64,000 bases of DNA from a virus (taxonomy: Duplodnaviria > Caudoviricetes): the IMG/VR virus record IMGVR_UViG_3300042542_006078, one strand, 5' to 3'. A model generated the notes under the pieces. It worked only from the letters and a program-made list of their open reading frames with translations. It made no database searches and was not told the DNA's origin. Shown piece by piece: positions 10,168 through 20,058 of this stretch. Position numbers and translations under genes: made by a program. Position 1 is the first letter of the stretch; each line of letters opens with the position of its first letter.

Positions 10168-11835
10168 CTAACTATAAGAATATTCACTACTTCTTCTCGC
10201 TTGCAAATAATCAACTATATCCTTATGACCATTTTGTTCTGCACCAGCAATTGCATAATTATAATTACTTATTTCTGCGCCTTTGAATAAAAGATATTTA
10301 ACAAGATTCAAATTACCAGCCGATGCTGCATTAGCAACTGCGTTTTTACCTATTTCTATTGGAAATTTATTTATTTCTTCGGCTTTATCAATAAGATCTT
10401 TAACAAAATCTAAATCACCAGTTGCCGATGCAGAAGAAATTAATTTTTCGCTAATTGGGACACCTTTTTTTACAAGATATCTAACAAGATCAAAATTTTT
10501 ATCTCTTGTTGCTACAAGGACTGCGTCATGGCTAACTGGGGCACCTTTTTCTACAAGATATCTAACAATATCAAAATTTTTATCTTTTCCCGACCTCACT
10601 GTTTGCCATATTGCTACAAGGACTGCGTTTTCGCTAATTTTAGCACCACTTTCTACAAAATGCTTAACAGTATCAAAATCATTAAATTCAATTGCCATGT
10701 TTATTTTGTTATAATCTTCACTATCATTTATTTTCTCATAATAGCTTTCTTTCTGTTTAGAACTCAATAAATAATATTCTTTAGCAGTTAAATTTCTACT
10801 ATTCTGATCAGAAATTAATCTATTATGAATATAATTGTCCTTCAAATCACGAATTTTTGCTATTTTATCAATTTGATAATCATCTAATGGCAACCCAGTT
10901 TTAACATATTGAGTCAGCAGAGAATTAAACTTGTTATCCAATAAAAAATCAAATTGCTGATTAGTCAATGGATGCCCTCTTCCAATATATTTTGACTTAT
11001 AATCAGGAGACAAAGAAATAAACCAATTCAAATCACCTTTAGCTTCTCCTAATTTTTCATCTTCTTCTTTTTCTTCTGGCGACTTGGGAATATTTACAAT
11101 TTTTGATAAATCAATACCCTTCTCCTTAAGATATTTCATATAAGACTTAGGATCAGTAGTCAATTCTCCAGTATATGGATCTAATGTTTTGCCAGTCGTA
11201 TTGACCTTGTCTGTGAGAACAGTTTTATATTGTGTTTGATCAACAACCACAATACCCAATCTGTCATCCCTCGTATCATCATACACAAAATAAAAGGTGC
11301 TAGTCTGATTGTCACGATAACTTTGCCACATTCTGTTTCCGGGTTGACTTATGCAAAAACTCTGACCTTTTCCAAGTATAATACATTGTTCTGTATTGTT
11401 AGCTTTATAAACCCTTATCTTGCCACCTGAGCCAGTCAAAATTGGCTTCTCATTCTGGAAATCAATATCGCTAGGCTTAAAATTAGATTTTTCCTTATTT
11501 GATTCTTCTCCTTTATTTCCATGAATAATCTGAGTCCAATAAAGATAATTATCCCAAGGACTAGGTGGTTTTTTAGAAACTAAATCCACAGATATCATTT
11601 TCATCTTGTCTCTGTTCAAATAACCAATATAATCCTTTATATCGATTTTAATTTGATTCAAATCTTTAGTTTTACTGTAATAATATGCTGCTAGCAATAA
11701 TAACTTATCTGCATTTTTATTGTTTTGTGGAATAACTGTGGATAAAGCATTCAAAACAGCACCAGCCAACTCTGATGCCAAAGCCTTCTCTTCTTTGGTT
11801 TCATTTATCAATAACCATTCACGAAAGTTTAACAT
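10168..11835 (-). CDS. Hypothetical protein with C-terminal ankyrin repeats
   Basis: Repeats such as NFDIVRYLVEKGA, NFDLVRYLVKKGV, GNLNLVKYLLFKGA, GHKDIVDYL; MLNFREWLLINE start. Confidence 0.8.
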   Translation of the reverse strand: MLNFREWLLINETKEEKALASELAGAVLNALSTVIPQNNKNADKLLLLAAYYYSKTKDLNQIKIDIKDYIGYLNRDKMKMISVDLVSKKPPSPWDNYLYWTQIIHGNKGEESNKEKSNFKPSDIDFQNEKPILTGSGGKIRVYKANNTEQCIILGKGQSFCISQPGNRMWQSYRDNQTSTFYFVYDDTRDDRLGIVVVDQTQYKTVLTDKVNTTGKTLDPYTGELTTDPKSYMKYLKEKGIDLSKIVNIPKSPEEKEEDEKLGEAKGDLNWFISLSPDYKSKYIGRGHPLTNQQFDFLLDNKFNSLLTQYVKTGLPLDDYQIDKIAKIRDLKDNYIHNRLISDQNSRNLTAKEYYLLSSKQKESYYEKINDSEDYNKINMAIEFNDFDTVKHFVESGAKISENAVLVAIWQTVRSGKDKNFDIVRYLVEKGAPVSHDAVLVATRDKNFDLVRYLVKKGVPISEKLISSASATGDLDFVKDLIDKAEEINKFPIEIGKNAVANAASAGNLNLVKYLLFKGAEISNYNYAIAGAEQNGHKDIVDYLQARRSSEYSYS

Positions 11836-11924
11836 GAATTATTTAGAGAATATCAACGAAAATTTATTGTCTTTTTTTAACTGATTTCAAATAATCAAAA
11901 ATATCATTACATAATTTTTATCAA

Positions 11925-12719
11925 TCAAGACTCAATCCAATCCTGTCCATTATGAACTAAAATTTTAGTCACAGGTAAAGAACTTTCTCCTGTGTACTTC
12001 AAAGCCATAGGATTCTTTCCATAATTATTCTGGAAAAACCAAGATTCTAACTTTTTATGCAATTCTGGATTACGATCCTGATGAGCATAATAAAAAGGAG
12101 CTATATTAGATGCTGCTCCTGCACTGTAATAAGGGTTATCATTCAACAAAGGATCACGAACACTTCCGATTCTACCGGGAAATTTACCATACAAATTTCT
12201 GTATTCAGGATTCTTCTTGATAGTCGAAAATGGAACTGGCTCGGCATCAATACCAGTCAACTTTTCTCCAACTTCATCCTTTGACAAATATTTTTTTGTC
12301 TTGTCTGTTAAATTAACATCTCCCAACTTGTTCAGCTTTCCAACTCTTTTAGAAGCATAAGTAAGAATGTCTTTCGCATGATTCTCAATGTCCAAATCCC
12401 ATTCACCAAAATCAATATTTGGAACATCTATTACAACAACTATAGGATTACCCTCTAAAGAACCCTTCAAACCATACAATTCTCTTTTCATACGAGCCAA
12501 AGCATGAGTTTTTGCGCTTTCATCCGATGTCCAAAGAAACAAACCACCTCCCTGACCATGACCATATCCCGAAGACCTAGCACCATCCCTCTTAAATGAA
12601 TTCAATACCTCATCGTCCTTTCCAGAACTAGTTCCATGATAAAACCTGAAAGGACCACTAATAACAAAATCATCAGAATAAACCTCATCATGTCGAAGCC
12701 AATCTTTGAAATATATCAT
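11925..12719 (-). CDS. Putative ADP-ribosyltransferase-like protein
   Basis: FYHGTS followed by GGGLFLWTS...A..HA, resembling the HGT / GxGxY core of PARP/ART-like folds; MIYFKDWLRHDE start. Confidence 0.45.
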   Translation of the reverse strand: MIYFKDWLRHDEVYSDDFVISGPFRFYHGTSSGKDDEVLNSFKRDGARSSGYGHGQGGGLFLWTSDESAKTHALARMKRELYGLKGSLEGNPIVVVIDVPNIDFGEWDLDIENHAKDILTYASKRVGKLNKLGDVNLTDKTKKYLSKDEVGEKLTGIDAEPVPFSTIKKNPEYRNLYGKFPGRIGSVRDPLLNDNPYYSAGAASNIAPFYYAHQDRNPELHKKLESWFFQNNYGKNPMALKYTGESSLPVTKILVHNGQDWIES

Positions 12720-12735
12720 AAATTATTAATCCCAT

Positions 12736-13479
12736 TTATCTATAAATCCACTCACTCTGACGCATATATCCCGGCATTCCTAATCCACGCATCCCAGCTT
12801 CCCAATCTCCACGACTACTAACCTTCACTCCACCCAATCCTAACTTCTCCATAGCAGCCTTCTTCTCAACTGGATTCATCAAATGTAACCTCTGACGCAA
12901 TTCCAATTTCTCACGATCAGAATCACTCATAGCCACACCAACATTTCCACCCATTACCTTACTTATATGTACCGTTCCCAACAAAGGCGTACTTACAAAA
13001 ACATCCTTACCTACAAAATATTCTTCCATAGACCTCAAACAATCTACCAAATTGCGTGAATATACAGATTTCTCATCATTCCAAAAACTCACTAACAAAA
13101 ACTTAACCTTCATATTATCATCTTTTTTCCTACTATCAAGAAATATAGACCAATTTCCCATCCTTCCCATTAAATCATGCTTAATTCCCTTTACCCTGTA
13201 ATCATAACTACTATCATATCCCAAACTGTCCCGCCTATCCTGCAACTCATCCCTCATATCAATCAAATCTACATGATTCCTAAAATTAATATTGTCAACA
13301 TCACTAGTATACAACTTACCACCAGATACCACTTCCTTACCCAAATATATAAATAGACGCTTAATCTGATTAGAACCTAAACCAAATATGTCATCAGGTA
13401 TGTCATCAGGACTCATATAAGGCCCCTCTAAATCAACATCAAATGACTCCACATAACTCAACCATTCCCTAAAACTCAT
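12736..13479 (-). CDS. Hypothetical protein (MSFREWLSYVE start), flanked by 14-bp direct repeats
   Basis: ORF; tccactcactctga at 12747-12760 and 13487-13500. Confidence 0.7.
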   Translation of the reverse strand: MSFREWLSYVESFDVDLEGPYMSPDDIPDDIFGLGSNQIKRLFIYLGKEVVSGGKLYTSDVDNINFRNHVDLIDMRDELQDRRDSLGYDSSYDYRVKGIKHDLMGRMGNWSIFLDSRKKDDNMKVKFLLVSFWNDEKSVYSRNLVDCLRSMEEYFVGKDVFVSTPLLGTVHISKVMGGNVGVAMSDSDREKLELRQRLHLMNPVEKKAAMEKLGLGGVKVSSRGDWEAGMRGLGMPGYMRQSEWIYR

Positions 13480-13491
13480 AAATAACTCCAC

Positions 13492-13560
13492 TCACTCTGA
13501 TGCCAAATCCTTCTCTTGTTTGCTTTCATTAAAATAAAACCATTCACGAAAGTTTAACAT
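13492..13560 (-). pseudogene. 22-codon stub MLNFREWFYFNESKQEKDLASE*, truncated paralog of 7756/10168
   Basis: Matches the N-termini of both paralogs and has the same upstream atattctctaaataattcATG. Confidence 0.7.
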
Positions 13561-13817
13561 GAATTATTTAGAGAATATCTTAAAGATATTGCATTCGATA
13601 AATAGATTAAAATAAATAAAAAGGAAAATTATGAGCAAATTTTGGCTAGTATGGTGCAGAACTATGGGATGCAAAATAAGCGATGATAAAATAGAATCAG
13701 ATACTGCCTGCCTAATTCGCACATTTTGGTGGATCATGCACATAATCACTTGCGGATTCATCATCGCAAACTGCATCAGACATTGGAATAATTGAAAACA
13801 ATAAACATAATTAAATT

Positions 13818-14561
13818 ATGGAAAAACCTAAATGGACGATAGGAACTGTGAATTGGAAATCAATTGAATTCATTGAATATCAATTGAAATATTTTCATGA
13901 ATACAATCAAGACTTTGAATTTATAGTTTGTGATAATGAAAGCAATGTTGAAACTCCTAAATTCAAAGATCTCAAAGAGAAATATCCAAAATTAAAATTG
14001 GTGAATTCGCAATCGAGGAATTGTGCATGGAGCGCACACGGAATTGGTCTCAATCAATGCATGAAAATCGCAGAAGGAAAATACATCTTGTTAATGGACC
14101 CAGACTTTTTCTGGATGAAGAAAGATATTCTTTCATTTTTTGAAAATTATTTCAAAATGGGATATCACGCTATTGGAACAGAATATGCCGGAACTGACTT
14201 TCCAATGCCTTGGGGAGCAGCTTATATTACTGATGAAATTAATGATTTAGATTTAATCGTAAAAACATCTATTTGTGAAAAATGTAACATTTTGGTTTAT
14301 GATAAAATGTATGACACCGGATGGCAACTCAGAATACGATTAAGCAATAAACCACATCATGCATTCAAACAAGTTTTGAATCAAATTCCAAATCTAGGAA
14401 GATACAACACTAATTGGTCGCAAACATATATTCATGATAACAAAGCTATAGCTCACCATTTCAAAAGCGGGAGTCAAATAGAAAAAACATATAATGAACA
14501 ACAAGTTAAAGAAATAAGAGAAAAATATACAGATTGGATGTGGAATCAATTATATGATTAA
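13818..14561 (+). CDS. Glycosyltransferase GT2-like, tandem copy 1
   Basis: FEFIVCDN, HGIGLN, YILLMDPDFFW. Confidence 0.8.
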   Translation: MEKPKWTIGTVNWKSIEFIEYQLKYFHEYNQDFEFIVCDNESNVETPKFKDLKEKYPKLKLVNSQSRNCAWSAHGIGLNQCMKIAEGKYILLMDPDFFWMKKDILSFFENYFKMGYHAIGTEYAGTDFPMPWGAAYITDEINDLDLIVKTSICEKCNILVYDKMYDTGWQLRIRLSNKPHHAFKQVLNQIPNLGRYNTNWSQTYIHDNKAIAHHFKSGSQIEKTYNEQQVKEIREKYTDWMWNQLYD

Positions 14562-14590
14562 TTTTAATTTATATTTTACTAAATTAGTTC

Positions 14591-15337
14591 ATGTCGAACA
14601 AATGGACGATAGGAACTGTGAATTGGAAATCAATTGAATTCATTGAATATCAATTGAAATATTTTCATGAATTTTCTGATGACTTTGAATTCATAGTTTG
14701 CGATAATGAAAGTAGTGTTGAAACTCCTAAATTCAAAGATCTTAAAGAGAAACATCCAAAATTAAAATTGATAAATCAACATTGGAAAAGTGATTCATGG
14801 GCCGCACACGGAATTGGTCTCAATCAATGCATGAAAATCGCAGAAGGAAAATACATCTTGTTAATGGACCCAGACTTTTTCTGGATAAAGAAAGATATAC
14901 TTTCATTTTTTGAACACTATTTCGATCAAGGCTACCATGCAATTGGAGCAAATTACATGCATATGAGAACAAGTTTTCCAATGATTTGGGCAGGAGCTTA
15001 TATCACTGATGAAATTAGAGATTTAGATTTGATGACAAGAAATCCTCGATGCGAATCTTGCAAAAATTGTATTTATGATAGAGATTACGATACTGGTTGG
15101 CAAATCAAGATAAGACTTGGTAATAAACCTCACTATTCATTTGAACAAATTCAAAACCAAGTTCCAAATTTCGGCAAATATAATAATAGAGACTCAGAAA
15201 CATATGTTTATGATACAAAAGTTATAGCTCACCACTTAAAAAGTGGAAGTCAAATAGAGGAAGATTATACCCAAGAAAAAATCAAAGAAATAAGAGAAAG
15301 ATACACAGAATGGATGTGGAGTCAATTATACGATTGA
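14591..15337 (+). CDS. Glycosyltransferase GT2-like, tandem copy 2
   Basis: Same motifs, DPD. Confidence 0.8.
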   Translation: MSNKWTIGTVNWKSIEFIEYQLKYFHEFSDDFEFIVCDNESSVETPKFKDLKEKHPKLKLINQHWKSDSWAAHGIGLNQCMKIAEGKYILLMDPDFFWIKKDILSFFEHYFDQGYHAIGANYMHMRTSFPMIWAGAYITDEIRDLDLMTRNPRCESCKNCIYDRDYDTGWQIKIRLGNKPHYSFEQIQNQVPNFGKYNNRDSETYVYDTKVIAHHLKSGSQIEEDYTQEKIKEIRERYTEWMWSQLYD

Positions 15338-15383
15338 TTTTAATTTTCACTGCAATAAATGTCGAAAACAAGATTGAGGATTT

Positions 15384-16130
15384 ATGGATAAATTAAAATG
15401 GACGGTAGGAATAGTAAACTCAGATTCTTTAGAATTTATTGAACATCAATTGAAATATTTTCACGAATTTTGTAGTGATTTTGAGTTTATTGTTTATGAT
15501 AAAGATAACATTAAAAAAAATACTTTTTTAGATGATCTTAGCAAAAAATATAAAAACACAAGAATAATTCAGACTCCTAGTTTATCACATGGAATGCATT
15601 CTTATGGACTTGGATTGAACGCTTGTGTTCAAATGGCTAAAGGAAAATATATCTTGTTAATGAACCCAGACTTTTTCTGGATGAAGAAAGATATACTTTC
15701 ATTTTTTGAACATTATTTCGATCAAGGATATCATGCAATAGGAACAGAATATTGGAGTCATTCTTTTCCAATGCCTTGGGGAGCCTCTTACATCACAGAT
15801 GAGATTAGAGATTTAGATCTAAGAGCAAAAGCCCATCCTTGCGATAAATGTCACACTTGGGCCTCTGATCGTGATCACGATACTGGTTTTCAAATAAAAA
15901 TAAGACTAAAAAATAAACCATTCTTTTTCTTCAGATCTTCTAAAAATAATCAAATTCCTGATTTGGGAAAATCAAACACCATATACGCACAAACATTCGT
16001 CTATGACGAAAAAAACATTGCACATAATTTGAATGGTGGTTGCCAACAAAAAGAAGGACAAAATAAAGATGAACTGATTGCGATTAAAAAGAAGTACGCA
16101 GAATGGATGTGGAGTCAATTATATGATTAA
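15384..16130 (+). CDS. Glycosyltransferase GT2-like, tandem copy 3
   Basis: Same motifs, DxD changed to NPD. Confidence 0.8.
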   Translation: MDKLKWTVGIVNSDSLEFIEHQLKYFHEFCSDFEFIVYDKDNIKKNTFLDDLSKKYKNTRIIQTPSLSHGMHSYGLGLNACVQMAKGKYILLMNPDFFWMKKDILSFFEHYFDQGYHAIGTEYWSHSFPMPWGASYITDEIRDLDLRAKAHPCDKCHTWASDRDHDTGFQIKIRLKNKPFFFFRSSKNNQIPDLGKSNTIYAQTFVYDEKNIAHNLNGGCQQKEGQNKDELIAIKKKYAEWMWSQLYD

Positions 16131-16159
16131 TTTTAATTTATATTTTACTAAATTAATTT

Positions 16160-16912
16160 ATGTCGAAAAAATGGACAATAGCTTTAGTTAACTGGAATTC
16201 TTTTGAATTCATTGAATATCATGCTAAATTTTTCCATTCATTTTGTGATGATTTTGAGTTTTTAGTTTGTGATAATACAAGTCCTTATCAGTCAGAAGAA
16301 TTAGATGCTATTGCTGAAAAGTATGAAAAAGTAAAAATTATTTATCCTGATGGTAAAAACTTATCTCACGGAGGTGGAATCAATAATTGTTTAGGTGAGG
16401 CATCAGGTAAATATATTTTGATTATGGACCCAGATTTTTTCTGGATGAAGAAGTCTATCTTAAAAATTTTTGAACATTATTTTGATCAGGGTTATCATGC
16501 GATTGGAACGGAATTTTGGGATCATCCATTTCCGATGCCTTGGGGAGCAGCATACTACACTGATGAAATTCGTGATTTAGATTGTACTGCCAGAGTTGAA
16601 AAATATTGTGATAAATGTAATAACAAGATTTTGGACAAGTGGTCTGATACTGGCTGGGAGATAAGAGTTAGGTTGCATAATCAGCCTCATTTTGGTTTTA
16701 GAAGAGTTATGTCTACATGTGTTCCTTATATGGGAAATCATTTTTATGCATTTAGGCCGATCAGCTTTGTATATGATGGTAATTTTATTGCTCATCATTT
16801 GATGAGGGGAGAATACAAGGACACAGATTGGCATAAGGATTTTGTTAATGATGAGATGATTTCTGCGAGAAAAAATTACATTGAATATTTCTGGAACAAT
16901 TTACAAGATTGA
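16160..16912 (+). CDS. Glycosyltransferase GT2-like, tandem copy 4
   Basis: Same motifs, DPD; most divergent copy. Confidence 0.8.
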   Translation: MSKKWTIALVNWNSFEFIEYHAKFFHSFCDDFEFLVCDNTSPYQSEELDAIAEKYEKVKIIYPDGKNLSHGGGINNCLGEASGKYILIMDPDFFWMKKSILKIFEHYFDQGYHAIGTEFWDHPFPMPWGAAYYTDEIRDLDCTARVEKYCDKCNNKILDKWSDTGWEIRVRLHNQPHFGFRRVMSTCVPYMGNHFYAFRPISFVYDGNFIAHHLMRGEYKDTDWHKDFVNDEMISARKNYIEYFWNNLQD

Positions 16913-16918
16913 GGATTT

Positions 16919-17665
16919 ATGGCTAGGTTAAAATGGACGATAGGCACGACAAATTGGGATTCTTTGGAATTCATACAATATCATGCAAAATTTTTCCATG
17001 AATTTTGTAGTGATTTTGAATTTATTGTTTATGACAACGAGAACATTCAAGGAACTGCTTCTTTCGATGATATTCGCAAAAAATATAATAACACAAAAAT
17101 ATTTCAGACTCCTAGTGTATCGCCGGGATGTCATGGACATGGTTTGGGATTGAATGCATGTGTTCAAATGGCTAAAGGCAAATACATCTTGCTAATGAAC
17201 CCAGACTTTTTTTGGATGAAGAAAGATATATTGTCATTTTTTGAAAGTTATTTCAAGATGGGATATCATGCTATTGGCACAGAGTATTGGGGGAATACTT
17301 TCCCGATGCCTTGGGGTGCAGCTTATATTACTGATGAAATTAAAGATTTAGATTTGAGGGCTAAATCACATCCTTGCGATAAATGTAACAATTGGGTTTA
17401 TGATCGTGATTATGACACTGGTTTTCAATTAAGAATAAGACTGAAGAATAAGCCATTCTTTTTCTTTAGAGAGTCTCAAAAAAGTTCAATTCCTGATTTG
17501 GGAAAATTAAATGACATGTATTCGCAAACATTTGTGTATGATGGGCGTAACATTGCACATCATTTGAAGGGAGGTAGTCAACCAAAAGAAGGCCAGAATA
17601 GAGATGAACTGATTGCGATTAAAAAGAAGTACGCAGAATGGATGTGGAGTCAATTATATGATTGA
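16919..17665 (+). CDS. Glycosyltransferase GT2-like, tandem copy 5
   Basis: Same motifs, NPD. Confidence 0.8.
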   Translation: MARLKWTIGTTNWDSLEFIQYHAKFFHEFCSDFEFIVYDNENIQGTASFDDIRKKYNNTKIFQTPSVSPGCHGHGLGLNACVQMAKGKYILLMNPDFFWMKKDILSFFESYFKMGYHAIGTEYWGNTFPMPWGAAYITDEIKDLDLRAKSHPCDKCNNWVYDRDYDTGFQLRIRLKNKPFFFFRESQKSSIPDLGKLNDMYSQTFVYDGRNIAHHLKGGSQPKEGQNRDELIAIKKKYAEWMWSQLYD

Positions 17666-17720
17666 AAAAATAAACAAAATCTTGAAATCAAATCCATTCT
17701 AATTGAAGCTCATCAATTAT

Positions 17721-18797
17721 TTATACCGAAATTTCAGGATCATTTTGGACAATGTTTGGCTGATTAATTTGATTCCTACTATTCTTTGTTCTAAGCCAAT
17801 CATTAGGAAGTCCAAGACTTATTCCATATTCCTCTTCACCTTCGTATTTTCTAGCTGCCAACGGATGTCCAGAATAGGCATGTTTTCTTGTGCTCAACCA
17901 TCTATTTAATAATGTTCTATTTGGAGGATAATTACCATTAACTTTGTAATAGTTGGCAAGTTCCTCAATTTTTTGATTATTTTTTTCTTGTAATTTTTCA
18001 GTAGTAATTTGTAGTTTGAGCCAATCATTCGGAAGACCAAGACTTATTCCATATTGCTCTTCTCCTTCATACTTGTTTAATTTTCCTCTTCCTGCATATG
18101 TTTGTCTTTTTGCTTTAATCCAATTATGCAATTTTTCTTCTTCTTTTAATTTGGCAAAAGGGTATCTTTTCCATTTTGTATAAAATTCCGCAAGTTCTTC
18201 TACTTTTTTGAAATTTTGATTTTTTCTTAATTTGTCAAGTTCTACTGACAAATCTGGATTTATTGGTATCGATTCATCATTAAAAACTTTTTCTCTTTGG
18301 TCTCTAACTTTTTCTGGAACTAAAGGATTTGCGTAATTTTCTTGGAATCCCTCTGACTTAATGAATTCTTTTATGATATTTTCCATATTGTTAATTTCCC
18401 AATAAGGAATCACAAGAAGAGGAATATTGTTTTCCTTGCAAAAATCATATTTTATTTTGTCTCTTAAAACACTTCCTTTGAAATGTGTAATTTCTCTGTG
18501 CCAATGTTTGGTAAATTTATAATGTTGCGCTCCATGAAATTCAACAACATATCTTCTGTTGTTTTCCTCAACTAAAAATGAAGCATCAAATCTCAAACAT
18601 TTTTTATTGACACATTTATCAAACTGATATTGAACATCATGAGATCCAAATAATCTTTTAAGTATTTCGCCAAGTAAAACTTCACCCTTCGATATTGACG
18701 GAACTATTGATTTATTTTGTCTTATGATTGGAGAAATAGTTGCAGTGCCATCTACAAATTCTGATTCTTCTCGATATAACCAAAGTTTGAAATTCAT
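17721..18797 (-). CDS. PD-(D/E)xK (Vsr/DUF559-like) endonuclease fused to helicase-associated (HA)-like repeats
   Basis: LRFD..F....VVEFHGAQHY...RDKIKYDFCKENNIPLLVIPYW, then two ~65-aa repeats ending KYEGEE.YGISLGLPNDWL. Confidence 0.75.
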   Translation of the reverse strand: MNFKLWLYREESEFVDGTATISPIIRQNKSIVPSISKGEVLLGEILKRLFGSHDVQYQFDKCVNKKCLRFDASFLVEENNRRYVVEFHGAQHYKFTKHWHREITHFKGSVLRDKIKYDFCKENNIPLLVIPYWEINNMENIIKEFIKSEGFQENYANPLVPEKVRDQREKVFNDESIPINPDLSVELDKLRKNQNFKKVEELAEFYTKWKRYPFAKLKEEEKLHNWIKAKRQTYAGRGKLNKYEGEEQYGISLGLPNDWLKLQITTEKLQEKNNQKIEELANYYKVNGNYPPNRTLLNRWLSTRKHAYSGHPLAARKYEGEEEYGISLGLPNDWLRTKNSRNQINQPNIVQNDPEISV

Positions 18798-18957
18798 CAA
18801 TTATTTATGAAGAAATAATCGGATTTATGACAATAAAGAATAAATTATTTGCGGTTCTTCTTCATAAATCTTCCAACATTTGGAAGAATCAGGAAAACTT
18901 ACCGGATATCCCATCATCTTGAAATCAAATCCATTTTAATTGAAGCTCATCAATTAT

Positions 18958-20058
18958 TTATGAAGAAATTTCAGGATCATTTTGGACAATGTTTGGCTGA
19001 TTAATTTGATTCATACTATTCTTTGTTCTAATCCACTTTGTTCTAAGCCAATCATTAGGAAGTCCAAGACTTATTCCATATTCCTTTTCACCTTCGTATT
19101 TTGCAACAGCACCTCTTCCCTGATATGCTTGTCTTTTGCTACTAAGCCAATTTTTTAATTGTTTTTCTGATTCTATTTTGCTTCTTTCGCTGGGATATTT
19201 TCCATTATCCCTGTAAAATGCAGCAAGTTTTCTTATTCTATCGTAATGTTCTTCTTTTGTAGTAATAATTTGTGGTTTAAGCCAATCATTCGGAAGCCCA
19301 AGACTTATTCCATATTCCTCTTCACCTTCGTATTTTGCATATTTCCCTCTTCCCAGATATATTTGCCTTTTGTCAGCAAGCCATCTTCCTAATTGATTTT
19401 CTGATTCTATCTTGCTCCCAATACTGGGATATTTTCCACTATCTCTGTAAAATGAAGCAATTTCTTGTATTTTTTGATTATTTTTTTCTTGTAATTTTAA
19501 TTTTTCATTAGTAATTTGTAGTTCGAGCCAATCATTAGGAAGTCCAAGACTTATTCCATATTCTTTTTCTCCTTCATATTTTCCAACAGCACTTCTTCCC
19601 TGATATGCTTGCCTTTTGCCATTAAGCCAAATTCCTAATTGTTTTTCTGATTCTATTTTGCTAAATTGTCTGGGATATTTTCCATTATCCTTGTAAAATA
19701 CAGCAAGTTGTCTTATTTTTTGATTATTTTTTTCTTGTAATTTTTCTTCACTAAATTGTGGTTTAACCCAATCATTAGGAAGTCCAAGACTTATCCCATA
19801 TTGCTCTTCACCTTCGTATTTTGCAGCACCAGACCCTCTTCCCAGATATGCTTGTCTTCTTTTATTAAGCCATCTTCCTAATTGTTTTTCTGATTCTATT
19901 TTGCTTACAGTGCTGGGATATTTTCCATTATCCTTGTAAAATACAGCAAGTTGTCTTATTTTTTGATTATTTTTTTCTTTATTTATGGTTGGATAAATAG
20001 TTGCAGTGCCATCTGCAAATTCTGATTCTTCTCGATATAACCAAAGTTTGAAATTCAT
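18958..20058 (-). CDS. HA-like repeat protein (5 repeats), paralog without the nuclease domain
   Basis: Repeats FYKDNGKYP...SKIESEKQLG.WL...RQ.Y.G...KYEGE..YGISLGLPNDW. Confidence 0.75.
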   Translation of the reverse strand: MNFKLWLYREESEFADGTATIYPTINKEKNNQKIRQLAVFYKDNGKYPSTVSKIESEKQLGRWLNKRRQAYLGRGSGAAKYEGEEQYGISLGLPNDWVKPQFSEEKLQEKNNQKIRQLAVFYKDNGKYPRQFSKIESEKQLGIWLNGKRQAYQGRSAVGKYEGEKEYGISLGLPNDWLELQITNEKLKLQEKNNQKIQEIASFYRDSGKYPSIGSKIESENQLGRWLADKRQIYLGRGKYAKYEGEEEYGISLGLPNDWLKPQIITTKEEHYDRIRKLAAFYRDNGKYPSERSKIESEKQLKNWLSSKRQAYQGRGAVAKYEGEKEYGISLGLPNDWLRTKWIRTKNSMNQINQPNIVQNDPEISS

